Below are positions 63,802-64,000 of a stretch of DNA of 64,000 nucleotides, in pieces. Within the stretch, counting starts at the first letter, position 1, and every line of letters starts with the position of its first letter. Below the pieces are notes generated by a model, which was given only the letters and a program-made list of their open reading frames with translations, was not told where the DNA came from and searched no databases. The position numbers and the translations under genes were made by a program. This DNA comes from an uncultured Oscillospiraceae bacterium (GTDB lineage Bacteria > Bacillota > Clostridia > Saccharofermentanales > UBA5734), in contig CAZHQX010000001.1 of NCBI GenBank assembly GCA_964534195.1, positions 30,474-94,473 of the forward strand. The letters are read 5' to 3'.

Positions 63802-64000
63802 ATGGACAAGGCAAGAAAAGCAGAAATCATGACAACTTATGCGCGTCATGAAGGCGACACAGGATCACCTGAGGTTCAGGTAGCATTGCTCACAGAGCGT
63901 ATCAATCATCTGACTGAGCATCTGAAGACACATAAGAATGATCATCATTCACGTCGTGGTCTTCTGATGATGGTTGGACGTCGTCGTGGTCTTCTCGATT
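63802..64000 (+). CDS. rpsO: 30S ribosomal protein S15 (partial, runs off the window end)
   Basis: Translation [65 protein letters not shown]... RBS AGGAGG lies upstream. Confidence 0.95.
   Translation, partial: MDKARKAEIMTTYARHEGDTGSPEVQVALLTERINHLTEHLKTHKNDHHSRRGLLMMVGRRRGLLD

Overview
This looks like a core-chromosome window from a Clostridia-class Firmicute. Supporting markers are a SCIFF/ScfB ranthipeptide pair, a DHHW+MBOAT pair, a YerC-type TrpR protein and an E. coli-like (type A) RNase P RNA. GC content looks moderate but was not computed. Coding is dense and mostly on the + strand. I call about 55 CDS, one tRNA-Thr(CGU) and rnpB. I found no rRNA, CRISPR array, IS element, prophage or recognisable defence module. 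Most of the content is housekeeping. Replication and recombination genes are holA, polA, dnaG, topA, dprA, comM and radC. Cell shape genes are maf-radC-mreC-mreD-pbp2, with no mreB or minCDE at this locus. Translation and tRNA modification genes are asnS, trmFO, queA, tgt, trmK, rnpB and rpsO. Secretion genes are secA and yajC. Metabolic genes are icd, gdhA, dapAB, coaE and a punA-ahcY-mtaD cluster. The items most worth a second look are listed here in rough priority order. (1) A 48-codon SCIFF precursor gene that is absent from the ORF track, followed by its radical-SAM/SPASM maturase and separated from it by a strong intercistronic hairpin. (2) An orphan, translationally coupled three-gene cassette of TadE/TadG-like pseudopilin proteins with no Tad ATPase, platform or peptidase genes nearby. 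(3) An amino-acid ABC binding lipoprotein whose two lobes are in circularly permuted order. (4) A punA-ahcY-mtaD cluster suggesting deaminase-first recycling of SAH and MTA. (5) A methylglyoxal-synthase-like protein that lacks the catalytic residues and sits at the end of the cell-shape operon. All functional calls rest on motif recognition and memory of protein families, because no database search was possible. Nothing here is convincingly a completely new system; the Tad-like cassette is the least explained block.
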